A stretch of DNA of 63,323 bases, filler included, from Octopus bimaculoides (GCF_001194135.2; 8 parts of 8 records of this genome joined end to end with filler, not necessarily neighbours in it); one strand, 5' to 3'. Positions 1 to 12,832 are shown, counted from the first letter of the whole stretch. Numbers and translations: made by a program. Notes: a model not told the origin generated them from the sequence alone.

Positions 1-31
<31 letters not shown>
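1..31. repeat. (TA)n microsatellite abutting a PLE 3' tail
   Basis: Direct reading. Confidence 0.95.
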
Positions 32-34
<3 letters not shown>

Positions 35-895
35 GAAGGTTGAAAAGGAACACCAGTTGTTATATATGGAAAAAAGTCAAGGTAGAAAATACTAAAATGA
101 TTTTTTGAGAAACATTTCAGAACCAGTTTCAGTCATTGAGACTTTTTCAACTGTAAGTATGGAAAACAATTAAATTTTGGAAAAATTAAAAGAAAAATTT
201 TTTAAAAGAATATTTGCATAGTATTCAAATACAGGAGGCATTCTCCTTGTTTCTGCCTGTCACTTCTTACCACACAGTATCATATTTCCGAATAAGAAAC
301 ATACTCTAAAGTGTAGAGAAGTAAAGTATTAAAGCGCTATAGTTGAAGTCTGGAAGTCTAGTCATAAAGTGAGCGATGCTTTGGCATCCACGAGGACAAA
401 TTCAACTCGTCATCTCTCGGAGATGGAAAGTTGTTACGGTCAATTGGTCAAATGATCATCAGAGGATAAAAGTTCCGGCTTCGGTGAGAACGGATTATCT
501 CCCATAGACCAGACATGGAATAGGGATCTATTTCCTAGCCTGCTAACACATCGTAAGGACTCTTAGGAGTTTAATCAACGAACGGGGAATCCTACTTTTG
601 TAGCAGGTAGCGCCTGAAATGGATAAACTGTGAGAATATTTCTTGATGAGTATTCAGCGAGCCAGGTCTAATTGAGTATTTAAGTATTCTGGCTCCCGTT
701 GATGTAGAGACCCGGCTGTTATTCCACTTGATATCGTATAGGGTCTCTTGATCTTTGAGGCGTCATACGTTGCTGACCAGGGATGTGACGAATCGTCTTT
801 CTGAGACATTAAAGGATGACCGGTGGTTGTACAAGCGTTGCTTGAAAGCCGTGCTAGCCCATCCGATGTATGGTTGCTAGATATGTTCGTATTAC
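32..895 (-). mobile_element. Penelope-like element 3' fragment: degenerate GIY-YIG endonuclease plus 3' pLTR/tail
   Basis: Minus translation from 870: YIGWASTAFKQRLYNHRSSF...V*RLKDQETLYDIKW, then LNTHQEIFSQFIHFRRYLLQK* (stop 594-592), resembling PLE C-termini; the tail carries an HHR and ends at (TA)n. Confidence 0.85.
114..157 (-). ncRNA. Minimal type-I hammerhead ribozyme motif, U3-A8 core variant
   Basis: uuacag UUGAAAA aguc-ucaau-gacu GAAAC ug GUU cugaaa: stem I 5 of 6 bp, stem II 4 bp, NUH site. Confidence 0.65.
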
Positions 896-1169
896 TGGTA
901 CCTCACTGATTGACTCTGATCACCTTTTGACACACACATTCACGCACATATTCACACACACACATACTCTAGTTCACATACACTTACTCACATACGAGTA
1001 TTCATACACTAAGGAGCTTCCACACAGTTTTCTTCTACCAAATTCAATCAAGACGCCATCATCGCCACGGAACTATAAAAGAAGACACATGCCCGGTGAC
1101 ACTGAACTCGAAACTGCAAAGTGAGGCGTTTATCCCCTCTCTCTCTCTCTATCTGTATATGTATATATA

Positions 1170-1990
1170 CAAAGTGCGATGGATAAATTGTTGCCATCTT
1201 ATATTTTTAATTTCGCGCATGTGCATTGTATGGTTTTGATTTTGTCAACTACAACTACACAGTATAGTAGGGTCAGTTTGACATCGTTGGTAAGAAAAAC
1301 AGCACCATGACGCAATTCAGTCAACCAGAAATTTGGAAACGACATCCTGTACTTCTTGGCATTCGTGCCGGAGGCTCCAATGCGTACAGATGGTGAAAAC
1401 ACAGAACATGTACCGTTTCCCCATAACATGTACTGGGAGTGATAAAAATCAGACCTCCAGTCAACACCATGGTGTTTGGAGTGATCCCTTGTGATGGTGA
1501 CGTTATGATTGCATCTGTCTTCCCACACAGCCTCAGACTCTACACGGAGGCCTACAGCAAGTACCTGGATGAAGCTGTGCTGCCCTGGGTCAAGAGAGTG
1601 GCAGCTGGAAGACCCTATGTTTGGCAACAAGGCTCTGCACCACGCCACACAAGCAGGAGTACACAGTCATTGTTAAACGATTTCTGCGATCACATCTCTC
1701 CTAATATCTGACTACCTACCTCCCCAGACTGCAACCCCTTTTTGCATTATGTGTGGGGCGCAGTTGAGCGAGAGATCAATAAAACTCCTTGTACCACCAA
1801 ATATAAACATAAGGCAAGGAATATTGTAGCGTTCTTCAACTTAAACAAGGAGACCGTCCAAAAGAGCTGCATGATATTCCGAAGTCGTCTGGAGGCCGTG
1901 GTTGAAGCCAATGGCGATTTAATTGAATAAATTTACTCTTCAGTATTTCAAGATATTTTAATGTAATTTTGGTAAATAAATCTGTTAAAT
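1170..1990 (+). mobile_element. Degenerate Tc1/mariner-superfamily transposon, DD37D (maT)-like
   Basis: Left TIR-like TA|CAAAGTGCGATGGATAAATTG; peptides VWQQGSAPRHTS...SPDCNP and YVWGAVERE...RSRLEAVVEANGDLIE with stops and frameshift. Confidence 0.85.
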
Positions 1991-2300
1991 GCTTTTGGAC
2001 GTTTCAATTGCATGAATATGTATAGGCTTGTCTGTCTATTTTAACTAAATGAAATGTTGACAAGAGGCTGGCAATAGCATAAAAGTAAAACCAATTATAC
2101 AGAAGAGAGTATAACTATAATGAAACAGAAAAACTGAAAAGTCCTTAGTAGTTCTCAATAAATAGGTAGATATCCGGAACGCTCATACTCTTACGTCACA
2201 GATAAAAGAGAGGAGAATTCAGGTATTTTTTTCAGCAGTCTCTCAGGTGCGGGGATCAATAATTGCAGTAGTGTGCATGGATATACATGAAGAACATTTT

Positions 2301-2516
2301 CTTTTCTACTCTAGGCACAAGGCCCAAAATTTTGGGGGAAGGGGCCTGTCGATTAGATCGACCTCAGTACGCAACTGGTACTTAATTTATTGACCCCGAA
2401 ACGATGGAAGGCAAAAATCAACCACAGCGGAATTTGAACTCAGAGCGTAAAGACAAACGAAATACCGCTAAGCATTTCGGCAGGCGTGCTAACGTTTCTG
2501 CCAAGCTCACCGCCTT
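2301..2516 (-). mobile_element. tRNA-derived SINE, family A, near full length
   Basis: Minus strand A-box TGGCAGAAACGTTAG and B-box GAGTTCAAATTCC; head also seen at 23275-23350. Confidence 0.8.
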
Positions 2517-2879
2517 TACTTGCTTCAGGTATTAGACTGCGGCCATGATGGAGCATCTTCAAGGATTTTAGCTGAACAAATAGACCCCAGTACTCATTGT
2601 TTTAAGCCTGGTACCAGCCTCTTTGTCAAACCAAATTACAGGGATGTTAACACACCAACACCAGCTGTAGAGTCTGTCTCTCTCACACACACACAGAGAC
2701 ACACTCACACACAGAACACACACACATGCATACACACACATACACGCATACACACATATCCATATAAGACAGGCTTCTTTCAGTTTCCGTTTACCTAGCA
2801 CAGTTGGCCAAAGTGTCAAGCAGAGCCATGTGGTTGGGAAGCATGTGGTTAGGAAGCAAATTCTTACCATATAGCCACT
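2516..2879 (-). mobile_element. CORE-type tRNA-derived SINE (family C), degenerate and internally deleted
   Basis: Shares the CTTCTTTCAGTTTCCGT block and GACTGCGGCCATG tail with many copies in the window. Confidence 0.75.
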
Positions 2880-3514
2880 CATATATATATATATATATAN
2901 NNNNNNNNNNNNNNNNNNNNNNNNNNNNNNNNNNNNNNNNNNNNNNNNNNNNNNNNNNNNNNNNNNNNNNCACATACACATGATTTATACACTTACACTT
3001 GCAAACACTTGTGCACACGTATACGTACGCACACATGTATAGAAACAGTCACTGAAGGTGAGAAAATGACTAATGCGTGTGTGTGTGTGTGTGCGCTCGT
3101 GTGTGCAATTGTCTGTGTGTGTACGTGCATGTATGTGTGTGTGCATGTGTGTGTGTGTGTGTGTGTGCGGGCGTGTGTGTGCGTGCGTGCGTGTGTATGT
3201 GTGTGTGTGTGTGTGCGTGTGTGTGTGTGTGGGTGTGGGTGTGAAAATGTAACAATTTTCTTGGTTCCATTTACCATTCCTGAAAGAATATTAGGAAAAA
3301 GATAAGATAACGAGATGCTTTTTTTTTCTTCCATAACGAAATATCGATATACGGCTTGAAAAGGAAATTAAGCCGCAATACCTGGCAGTCGATAATACTA
3401 ATAATAGCAATAAATTTGATTCAAGGCTGATTGAATACATGTTCTCATAGTCTTCCATACATCCCTTCAAACTTACATACATACGTACATAATACATATA
3501 TAGTATACGTGTTT

Positions 3515-4200
3515 ATACAGTTAGACCTATTCAAGATGCATTCCAGAGGATTTGAGACTTTTTTTTTAGGAGAGACGTAGTAATTTTTAAAAAAGATTGT
3601 TGTACTTGTAGCATTCCATGGAAGTCTCCCATGGAGGTTTCCCAAAGTGAAGTCGTTCAGGACGCTTGTGACAGTTTCCATCACTTCATTCATTTTGGAG
3701 AACAACCGTAAGTCATAGGGAAGAAGATCAGAACTGTAGGGAGGTTGTGAGACAGTTCTGGTGCCCATCCCTGTCAAGTAGTTGGTTACAAGGATATAAC
3801 TGTGGACCGTTTCCTTTTCCTAATGCAGTTACTCAGGTGTCTTGCGACAAAATGTCTTCCTGAATCCCCTCAAAACCTCCACAAAATACTCAATAAATGT
3901 AGATGATGCACTTGCTGTCGAAAAGTGGGATCATCATGAACTTCTCAGTGGACTTGCTTTGGCTGGTCTTTTCTGCCAGCAAAAAAACAAAACAAAAAAA
4001 AAACAAATGCTTGGCTTATACAGTCTGTAGTATTTCATAAGTTTTTGCCCAGTTGAATACAAAACCTAGTCGGTTAGCAAATTTCCAAATTGTCTCCAAT
4101 TCCGACAGCATTCTGCAAACTAGTCAGCTGTGACAAGCAGTGTTTAGTAGATGTTTAGTAGTGTTTAGTAGATGTTTAGTAGATGTTTAGGAGATGGTTT
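3515..4200 (-). mobile_element. Degenerate mariner (DD34D) transposase remnant with internal deletions
   Basis: Minus peptides SQSKSTEKFMMIPLFDSKCIIY and NYLTGMGTRTVSQPPYSSDLLPYDLRLFSKM (YSPDLAP-like). Confidence 0.75.
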
Positions 4201-5024
4201 TCAAAGTCCTGTTAAAGTCTTCTCCTTCAGTCTAGAATAACAAAAGTTGGCAGGTCTGCTTATTGGATGTCTAGTAATGATATACTAAAATTACAATAAT
4301 CTAGGATAGTTATAACTGCCTCTCCTAAAAATGTCTCAGAACTTCCGGAATGCATCTGGTATATATATTCATCCACACAAACATAATGTATACGAATTAA
4401 ATGCATACATACAAACGTAGTACGTAATGTATGCACGAATACTTACATCCATATACAAGTACATACATGCTTATAAACGTATGTACATACATACATTTAC
4501 ACATGTATACATTCATATATCCACACAAACACTCATGCATATTACAGGCTTTCTACATCTATTTATCTACACATACGTACATAAGCACATACATACATGC
4601 ATATATATTTACACTCATGCATATATCCAAACATATATTCATACATACACGCATACACTACTTAACTCACTTGTATCTCTATAAAATTCGTCCAAAAGAG
4701 AGATGACGGTTGAATATAAATATAAAATCAATTTACCATTGCTATTGGGAGGGAATCATTTTCGCCAACTCCCCAAATTATCTTTAGAAAAACATTATTT
4801 TTACATGAATAAACGAAAAGGAAAAAAAGAATACTCAATCACTTTCACATTAAAAGTTATAAACGAAATCGATAACGATAATTAGATGACATGTTCTGAT
4901 AAAATATATTTTGTCCGTCAATACGCCTGCTATCACTGTGAAACAACAGATGGGGAATAGCAGAAGTGAATATGGTAATAAAGCATATTAGCAAACATTA
5001 ACTTGGGTGGATTATAAAACTAGT

Positions 5025-5122
5025 GAAGAATATGGATAATCTGCGCTGAAGAATATGGATAATCTGCGCTGAAGAATATGGATAATCTGCGCTGAAGAAT
5101 ATGGATAATCTGCGCTGAAGAA
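5025..5122. repeat. Perfect 23-bp tandem repeat, 4 units plus 6 nt
   Basis: GAAGAATATGGATAATCTGCGCT at 5025, 5048, 5071, 5094. Confidence 0.95.
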
Positions 5123-5351
5123 GCGGTTATTTAGATATGAAATCACAGAATATTTATTTTCACAACACACCAACTTATGACGATTCTATATTTCAGACTG
5201 GAGAAAGAATTAAAAATACATCAAGCATAAATACTCCTCCCATTCACTCTCTATCTATTTATCTATCTACACACACACACACACATATATATATATACAT
5301 ACATGCATACATACATTCACATGCGCGCGCACACGTTCACATAGGCGAAGA

Positions 5352-5432
5352 ATGACTGAGTAGTTAATAAACTTACTTTGGAATCAAGGGATGTTGAGTT
5401 CGATCCCACAGCATGGCATCTTGACCAAATGA
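5352..5432 (+). mobile_element. Degenerate family C SINE head
   Basis: GAGTTCGATCCCACAGCATGGCATCTTGACCAAATG resembles the head at 32190. Confidence 0.45.
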
Positions 5433-5595
5433 CGTTTTTTTTTTACCCTTACATAATCCTTAAGCAGAAACAATGGGGTGCAACATGTGGAAATCTTTGT
5501 TTTATTTTTATTATTGCAGGTGCAATACATGCTGCGGTTTCTATGCAGTTTCTTTCTTTCGAATCTCAATGGCAAGGAATGGTCAACTCCAATCT

Positions 5596-5686
5596 ATAGG
5601 GAATAACATTTCTCGAGGATTCCACGTGGTGGGATCAAACCCGGAGCTTTGTGGTTGTGAAACGAACTTCATAACCGTTTGGCCAA
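5596..5686 (-). mobile_element. Degenerate family C SINE head
   Basis: GTGGTGGGATCAAACCCGGAGCTTTGTGGTTG resembles the reverse-complemented head. Confidence 0.5.
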
Positions 5687-7579
5687 TATAGTGGAGAGGA
5701 GAGAGAAAGAGTGTCAAGTATTTGTGAGTTGGATAGACGAAGGATCATATATATATANNNNNNNNNNNNNNNNNNNNNNNNNNNNNNNNNNNNNNNNNNN
5801 NNNNNNNNNNNNNNNNNNNNNNNNNNNNNNNNNNNNNNNNNNNNNNNNNNNNNNNNNNNNNNNNNNNNNNNNNNNNNNNNNNNNNNNNNNNNNNNNNNNN
5901 NNNNNNNNNNNNNNNNNNNNNNNNNNNNNNNNNNNNNNNNNNNNNNNNNNNNNNNNNNNNNNNNNNNNNNNNNNNNNNNNNNNNNNNNNNNNNNNNNNNN
6001 NNNNNNNNNNNNNNNNNNNNNNNNNNNNNNNNNNNNNNNNNNNNNNNNNNNNNNNNNNNNNNNNNNNNNNNNNNNNNNNNNNNNNNNNNNNNNNNNNNNN
6101 NNNNNNNNNNNNNNNNNNNNNNNNNNNNNNNNNNNNNNNNNNNNNNNNNNNNNNNNNNNNNNNNNNNNNNNNNNNNNNNNNNNNNNNNNNNNNNNNNNNN
6201 NNNNNNNNNNNNNNNNNNNNNNNNNNNNNNNNNNNNNNNNNNNNNNNNNNNNNNNNNNNNNNNNNNNNNNNNNNNNNNNNNNNNNNNNNNNNNNNNNNNN
6301 NNNNNNNNNNNNNNNNNNNNNNNNNNNNNNNNNNNNTATATATGTATGTATGTATTATGTATGTATATATGTATGTATGTATTATGTATGTATATATGTA
6401 TGTATGTATTATGTATGTATATTATCAATCAGTTTCATTTCTGTATTTCTTGTCCATAGAGAAAGAGCCGGACTCTAACATAGATTCAAGGCTCCTTCAT
6501 TGGAACTTTTATCAACATCATCTAGGTATTTGTGCATATGTGTGTGTGTGCAGTATTTGGTGTTAGTGTATGCGCAGATTTGTATGTTTGTTTTATGGAT
6601 GCGTTTTTATGTCTAGATGCATGCATATGTATTTATGTGCTCAATTTTTGGAAAGTTTTACATATCTTTACAGTTCCATTGATGTATGTATGTATGTATG
6701 TATGTATGTATGTATGTACGTATGTATGCATGCAGGTAAATAAAACTATGCGTGTCTTTGCGAAATGATACAGTACTTCAACTGTTGCATATTATTGCAG
6801 ATATATAGTATAACGTAGAGTAGCAAAATTTCAGGAAGTGTAGATCATTGATAAGACGGCTGACAATTTTTAGTGGTCAACAGTATCCTTTAATTATTCA
6901 AGCTTTGTATCTGATACATGTATGAGCGCTTTGTATGTGGTGCGAGCACCAGCGTGGCCACCAAGTAGCTTGTAAAACAAAGACCTATCGGCTGAGAGAA
7001 GTGCAGCCAAAAAAAAAGTGACTGTGTGCCAGGCGAGAGGTTAGAGTATGATTGAGGGGCAGACGTAGCTGTCTAACTATTGATAGACCGATCACGAGTT
7101 CTTGTGGAGAAATGACTCAACTATAATGATGAAGATTTGACGAATGAGAATCGAATCGAACAAGCCATTATATATTAAATATATTGACCTGAATCAAATA
7201 TATTGACCCTGAAATTTTATGTTATAAGAATGGGAAACGTCTATCGGTAAGATAGACGTTTTGTCGAAAACGGAAGAATAATAGAGAGAACAGTTTCATC
7301 TAGGATATGATTCAAAGGAAACTGCAGACCACTCGATCGACGGAGTTCTCTAAAAAGTTGTACAGTTGATAATAATTATTATATTTTTATCAAAGGTATT
7401 CATTTTATGTATGTAGCGATCAGCTTAACATCACTGATGTTTAAGTTGTTTGTTTAGAAATTATCTTTATCTAATTTATAGATTTAGGAAGTGTAAAAAC
7501 GAAAGATGAAGATATGTAGAAGCGGTGACAGTGAAAATAGTGAATTACACCAAAAATATAAAATTACGAATGGAAATCA

Positions 7580-7590
7580 TCATAATAATA

Positions 7591-7640
<50 letters not shown>
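7580..7640. repeat. (AAT)n microsatellite
   Basis: Direct reading. Confidence 0.9.
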
Positions 7641-7641
<1 letters not shown>

Positions 7642-10513
7642 GGCATTTTAAGAATAATAATGATGGTGACGATGATGATGGTGATGACGGTAAACAAGTA
7701 AAGATGAAAGGCAGAATATCTTATTCAGAAATATTCCACTGGAGCCACAGAGGAAGAAAGCACAATACGCCCNNNNNNNNNNNNNNNNNNNNNNNNNNNN
7801 NNNNNNNNNNNNNNNNNNNNNNNNNNNNNNNNNNNNNNNNNNNNNNNNNNNNNNNNNNNNNNNNNNNNNNNNNNNNNNNNNNNNNNNNNNNNNNNNNNNN
7901 NNNNNNNNNNNNNNNNNNNNNNNNNNNNNNNNNNNNNNNNNNNNNNNNNNNNNNNNNNNNNNNNNNNNNNNNNNNNNNNNNNNNNNNNNNNNNNNNNNNN
8001 NNNNNNNNNNNNNNNNNNNNNNNNNNNNNNNNNNNNNNNNNNNNNNNNNNNNNNNNNNNNNNNNNNNNNNNNNNNNNNNNNNNNNNNNNNNNNNNNNNNN
8101 NNNNNNNNNNNNNNNNNNNNNNNNNNNNNNNNNNNNNNNNNNNNNNNNNNNNNNNNNNNNNNNNNNNNNNNNNNNNNNNNNNNNNNNNNNNNNNNNNNNN
8201 NNNNNNNNNNNNNNNNNNNNNNNNNNNNNNNNNNNNNNNNNNNNNNNNNNNNNNNNNNNNNNNNNNNNNNNNNNNNNNNNNNNNNNNNNNNNNNNNNNNN
8301 NNNNNNNNNNNNNNNNNNNNNNNNNNNNNNNNNNNNNNNNNNNNNNNNNNNNNNNNNNNNNNNNNNNNNNNNNNNNNNNNNNNNNNNNNNNNNNNNNNNN
8401 NNNNNNNNNNNNNNNNNNNNNNNNNNNNNNNNNNNNNNNNNNNNNNNNNNNNNNNNNNNNNNNNNNNNNNNNNNNNNNNNNNNNNNNNNNNNNNNNNNNN
8501 NNNNNNNNNNNNNNNNNNNNNNNNNNNNNATATATATACACATGTATATATATACATATGTATATATATGAACACGAGCCTTGCTAAAGCTCAAAGTTTT
8601 AGCTGTTTCTTTTCAATACCAACTACAAGGAAATCTAAAAGAACAAAACAAGTCTGTTGCCTTGAGAAATATGAAATGAAAGTAGAAGCTGCCAGATATA
8701 AATGGCAGTCTTCGGCCTTTTCTTTCTTATTTTATGTTAACAGTAGCATTCAGTTTAATTGTCAATACAACCCAGAGACAAATACCCACCTCTTGTGCAA
8801 TTCCCGCTCTTGGTTCCCAGTATTTCGTTTTATACTTAAAGCAATACAATACCGAAGTCTAGGTCTCGGAAGCGCTGGAGGTAAATGCTTAGAAATAAGT
8901 TTTATTTATTTTCTTTCATCTTTCCTTCAGCTGCAGTTCTTCCTCGCGGGCTGAAAATATGAGATTATTCTAAACAAAAAACGTTAAAGACGTGGAAAAA
9001 TTGAAACAGACTTAACTTACGACTCAATGGGGTTTGTTTCATGTATGTTGTTGGTGGGGTTGACAAGTTCATAGAAACATTGTCACGTCACTTTAAATGT
9101 AGAACATAAAGCTAGAATTCCGAGTTTCAATAAGTTATATCCAGAAGCGTAGGTTCGTTTATATTATCAAATTTTGAATTCAATCGCGTTTCAATTTTAA
9201 TGTTCATTTTTCCGGTAGGGTGAATCGTTTATAATTCAACTTATACCCGTTAGATTAATCCAACATATACCCGTTACTTCGAATAGTAATAATACATTGT
9301 TCAATTAGCTTTAAATGTTTATTCCATGACTTGTTAAATAATAATCCTAACACATTTATAAATACTTAGAAATCATAATATTGATCTAAATACGCACAAA
9401 TGTATCAGTATTGATATATAAAATTAAATAACTCTCTAGTAAGTATGGATTACGTAATCAAGTTCAAAAGCTTACTGCTGTTTCTGCTAAAAGAAGCAGT
9501 GTACTTAGAGCTTTCAGTGCACTGTTTCTTATGGCAGAAACAATTGTAAGCTGATGAAGTTGATTACGAATTTTCCATTTTTAATTGCTATTTATTTAAT
9601 TTCATATTACGCACTCAACTCGCTTAACGCTTTATACTGAAGCAGATGTATATTAAGTTCTAACATCTGCTTATTAGCATCACTATGTTTAAGCGAAATG
9701 AATGAATGTATATCTATAAATCTATACGAATGTATATATATATATATATATATATNNNNNNNNNNNNNNNNNNNNNNNNNNNNNNNNNNNNNNNNNNNNN
9801 NNNNNNNNNNNNNNNNNNNNNNNNNNNNNNNNNNNNNNNNNNNNNNNNNNNNNNNNNNNNNNNNNNNNNNNNNNNNNNNNNNNNNNNNNNNNNNNNNNNN
9901 NNNNNNNNNNNNNNNNNNNNNNNNNNNNNNNNNNNNNNNNNNNNNNNNNNNNNNNNNNNNNNNNNNNNNNNNNNNNNNNNNNNNNNNNNNNNNNNNNNNN
10001 NNNNNNNNNNNNNNNNNNNNNNNNNNNNNNNNNNNNNNNNNNNNNNNNNNNNNNNNNNNNNNNNNNNNNNNNNNNNNNNNNNNNNNNNNNNNNNNNNNNN
10101 NNNNNNNNNNNNNNNNNNNNNNNNNNNNNNNNNNNNNNNNNNNNNNNNNNNNNNNNNNNNNNNNNNNNNNNNNNNNNNNNNNNNNNNNNNNNNNNNNNNN
10201 NNNNNNNNNNNNNNNNNNNNNNNNNNNNNNNNNNNNNNNNNNNNNNNNNNNNNNNNNNNNNNNNNNNNNNNNNNNNNNNNNNNNNNNNNNNNNNNNNNNN
10301 NNNNNNNNNNNNNNNNNNNNNNNNNNNNNNNNNNNNNNNNNNNNNNNNNNNNNNNNNNNNNNNNNNNNNNNNNNNCCAGGGACATTTTCCTTTTTTCTGT
10401 CTCTCTCTCTCTCCTTTTTACTTTTATGAAAACTTGATAGCAGGTAGTAGGCAGTAGCAGTCCCAAAACAATATTTGATATGGGTGCTTGGTTTTGATTG
10501 TTTAAGGTGCACT

Positions 10514-10572
10514 AGAAGAAGAAGAAGAAGAAGAAGAAGAAGAAGAAGAAGAAGAAGAAGAAGAAGAAGAAG
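10514..10572. repeat. (GAA)n microsatellite
   Basis: Direct reading. Confidence 0.95.
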
Positions 10573-10689
10573 GGGAGAGTAGGAAAAGAATAGAAAGAAT
10601 AATAAAAATGTGCGAGTGGTATGACAGTAGTAGGATGCTGGTGGAATCCTCTGAAATGGTCAAGTAACCTAAAAAAGACTTGTTGTGGT

Positions 10690-11030
10690 TGTAATAGTAG
10701 TGACTGAAATCGTCCAGAATAAATTTATTGGTAGTGACTGTTCTGAATATATCGTTTTTAATATTTGCGTGGGTAAGATTCTAAGGTCCTTGTATTAGTG
10801 TCATTTATGGTGGACGCATTCAAAAGGGGGTTTATATTCTATGATAAAATATGACTCTTTGCTAATGCGTTGACTTCATGTTGCATCGTCCCTGAATTTA
10901 TGGAGGGGAAAAATACTGAAGCTGGGTTGTTTGCTAGTGGCACAAATGTCGATGTGTTGGCTGAATGCTAGTTTTCTGTATTCCTGAATTTTAATCTGGG
11001 ATCTATATAGAATGCTGACGTAGACTGCTT
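10690..11030 (-). mobile_element. Possible decayed LINE APE endonuclease remnant
   Basis: Minus-strand motifs in the expected order across frameshifts: IQEY, IIEYKPP, FILDDFSH (QE / YxPP / GDFN-like). Confidence 0.35.
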
Positions 11031-12394
11031 TTGGTTTGGCTTATGTACTACTCTAGAAACCGAGAGCAAGTTAATACATATATTAGGTTCTCCGAAGCAC
11101 ATGTGGAGTTGTTTTTCACTGTAAGACGTTGACTCTGTTTGAAGGAGAACTCCGATCCCTCGTCTTCCGCATTTTCTTTTTACTTACGGCATGAAACTTT
11201 TCATAGATTTGGCTTGTCTTTAGCTCATACGTCTTTATGCATATATATATATATATATATATATANNNNNNNNNNNNNNNNNNNNNNNNNNNNNNNNNNN
11301 NNNNNNNNNNNNNNNNNNNNNNNNNNNNNNNNNNNNNNNNNNNNNNNNNNNNNNNNNNNNNNNNNNNNNNNNNNNNNNNNNNNNNNNNNNNNNNNNNNNN
11401 NNNNNNNNNNNNNNNNNNNNNNNNNNNNNNNNNNNNNNNNNNNNNNNNNNNNNNNNNNNNNNNNNNNNNNNNNNNNNNNNNNNNNNNNNNNNNNNNNNNN
11501 NNNNNNNNNNNNNNNNNNNNNNNNNNNNNNNNNNNNNNNNNNNNNNNNNNNNNNNNNNNNNNNNNNNNNNNNNNNNNNNNNNNNNNNNNNNNNNNNNNNN
11601 NNNNNNNNNNNNNNNNNNNNNNNNNNNNNNNNNNNNNNNNNNNNNNNNNNNNNNNNNNNNNNNNNNNNNNNNNNNNNNNNNNNNNNNNNNNNNNNNNNNN
11701 NNNNNNNNNNNNNNNNNNNNNNNNNNNNNNNNNNNNNNNNNNNNNNNNNNNNNNNNNNNNNNNNNNNNNNNNNNNNNNNNNNNNNNNNNNNNNNNNNNNN
11801 NNNNNNNNNNNNNNNNNNNNNNNNNNNNNNNNNNNNNNNNNNNNNNNNNNNNNNNNNNNNNNNNNNNNNNNNNNNNNNNNNNNNNNNNNNNNNNNNNNNN
11901 NNNNNNNNNNNNNNNNNNNNNNNNNNNNNNNNNNNNNNNNNNNNNNNNNNNNNNNNNNNNNNNNNNNNNNNNNNNNNNNNNNNNNNNNNNNNNNNNNNNN
12001 NNNNNNNNNNNNNNNNNNNNNNNNNNNNNNNNNNNNNNNNNNNNNNNNNNNNNNNNNNNNNNNNNNNNNNNNNNNNNNNNNNNNNNNNNNNNNNNNNNNN
12101 NNNNNNTATATATATTCATATATCACGTGTGTATAGTTGTGTGTGTGTTTCGCCTGAAGGCCTCCGCTGGGACTCAAAACATTATTAAAATATTTTAAAA
12201 TCTGACAAAATTTCACTATTAACAAATTTAAATATCTAATTTATTGGAACTTAATTGCGTTCACTGTAATGAAACCTCACACTGTATCTCCTTTGCATAC
12301 ATAACCGTTAGTCTACAATACTAAACCGAATTTCGTGGCACTTATATTCGATATGGCATGAAAGAGATCGCGAATAAAATCGGTCAAAATGTGG

Positions 12395-12720
12395 GGAAAG
12401 CCTTCCAAGGATCTCTCCAGTAATGTTACGCGACAGGGCGCGAAGGTCAGACATTAGGGAGTTTCTCCAGGTGCAGCCACTGCTTCTCAGCATTGAGTGG
12501 CCACAACCCTAGTACTACAGACAGGTGATTAGAATGTTGCAGAAAAGAATAGCAAGACGGATTCTTCAAGCCAAGCCAAGCAATGGGGTATTCAGGGGTA
12601 GAGCGAGAAAAAAATGGTTGAGTAATATCTTTAGTCTAAGTTGGTCAGTCTTCGGAATCCAGCCTGAAAGTCTAATGAGGGTTGCATCTGATTGGACTCT
12701 ATAGAGGAGGTACATAATTA
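12395..12720 (+). mobile_element. RTE-clade LINE C-terminal/3' fragment
   Basis: LRDRARRSDIREFLQVQPLLLSIEWPQP*YYRQVIRMLQKRIARRILQAKPSNGVFRGRARKKWLSNI resembles the RTE post-RT region. Confidence 0.7.
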
Positions 12721-12832
12721 CTCTCGACGATGTTTCCAGGAATAATGGGCGGAGAAGGTGAATTAGCAAATGGATGGATAAATGGAGGGATGGAGGGATA
12801 TACTCATATCTATAAACAAATATATGGAGTCG

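Noticed and set aside
8815-8990. Possible splice signals (GAG|GTAAAT; pyrimidine tract-CAG)
   Set aside because: No recognisable coding content and weak donor context.
9540-9580. CTGATGA-agttgattac-GAAT
   Set aside because: Only a 2-bp stem II, GAAT instead of GAAA, and no stem I.
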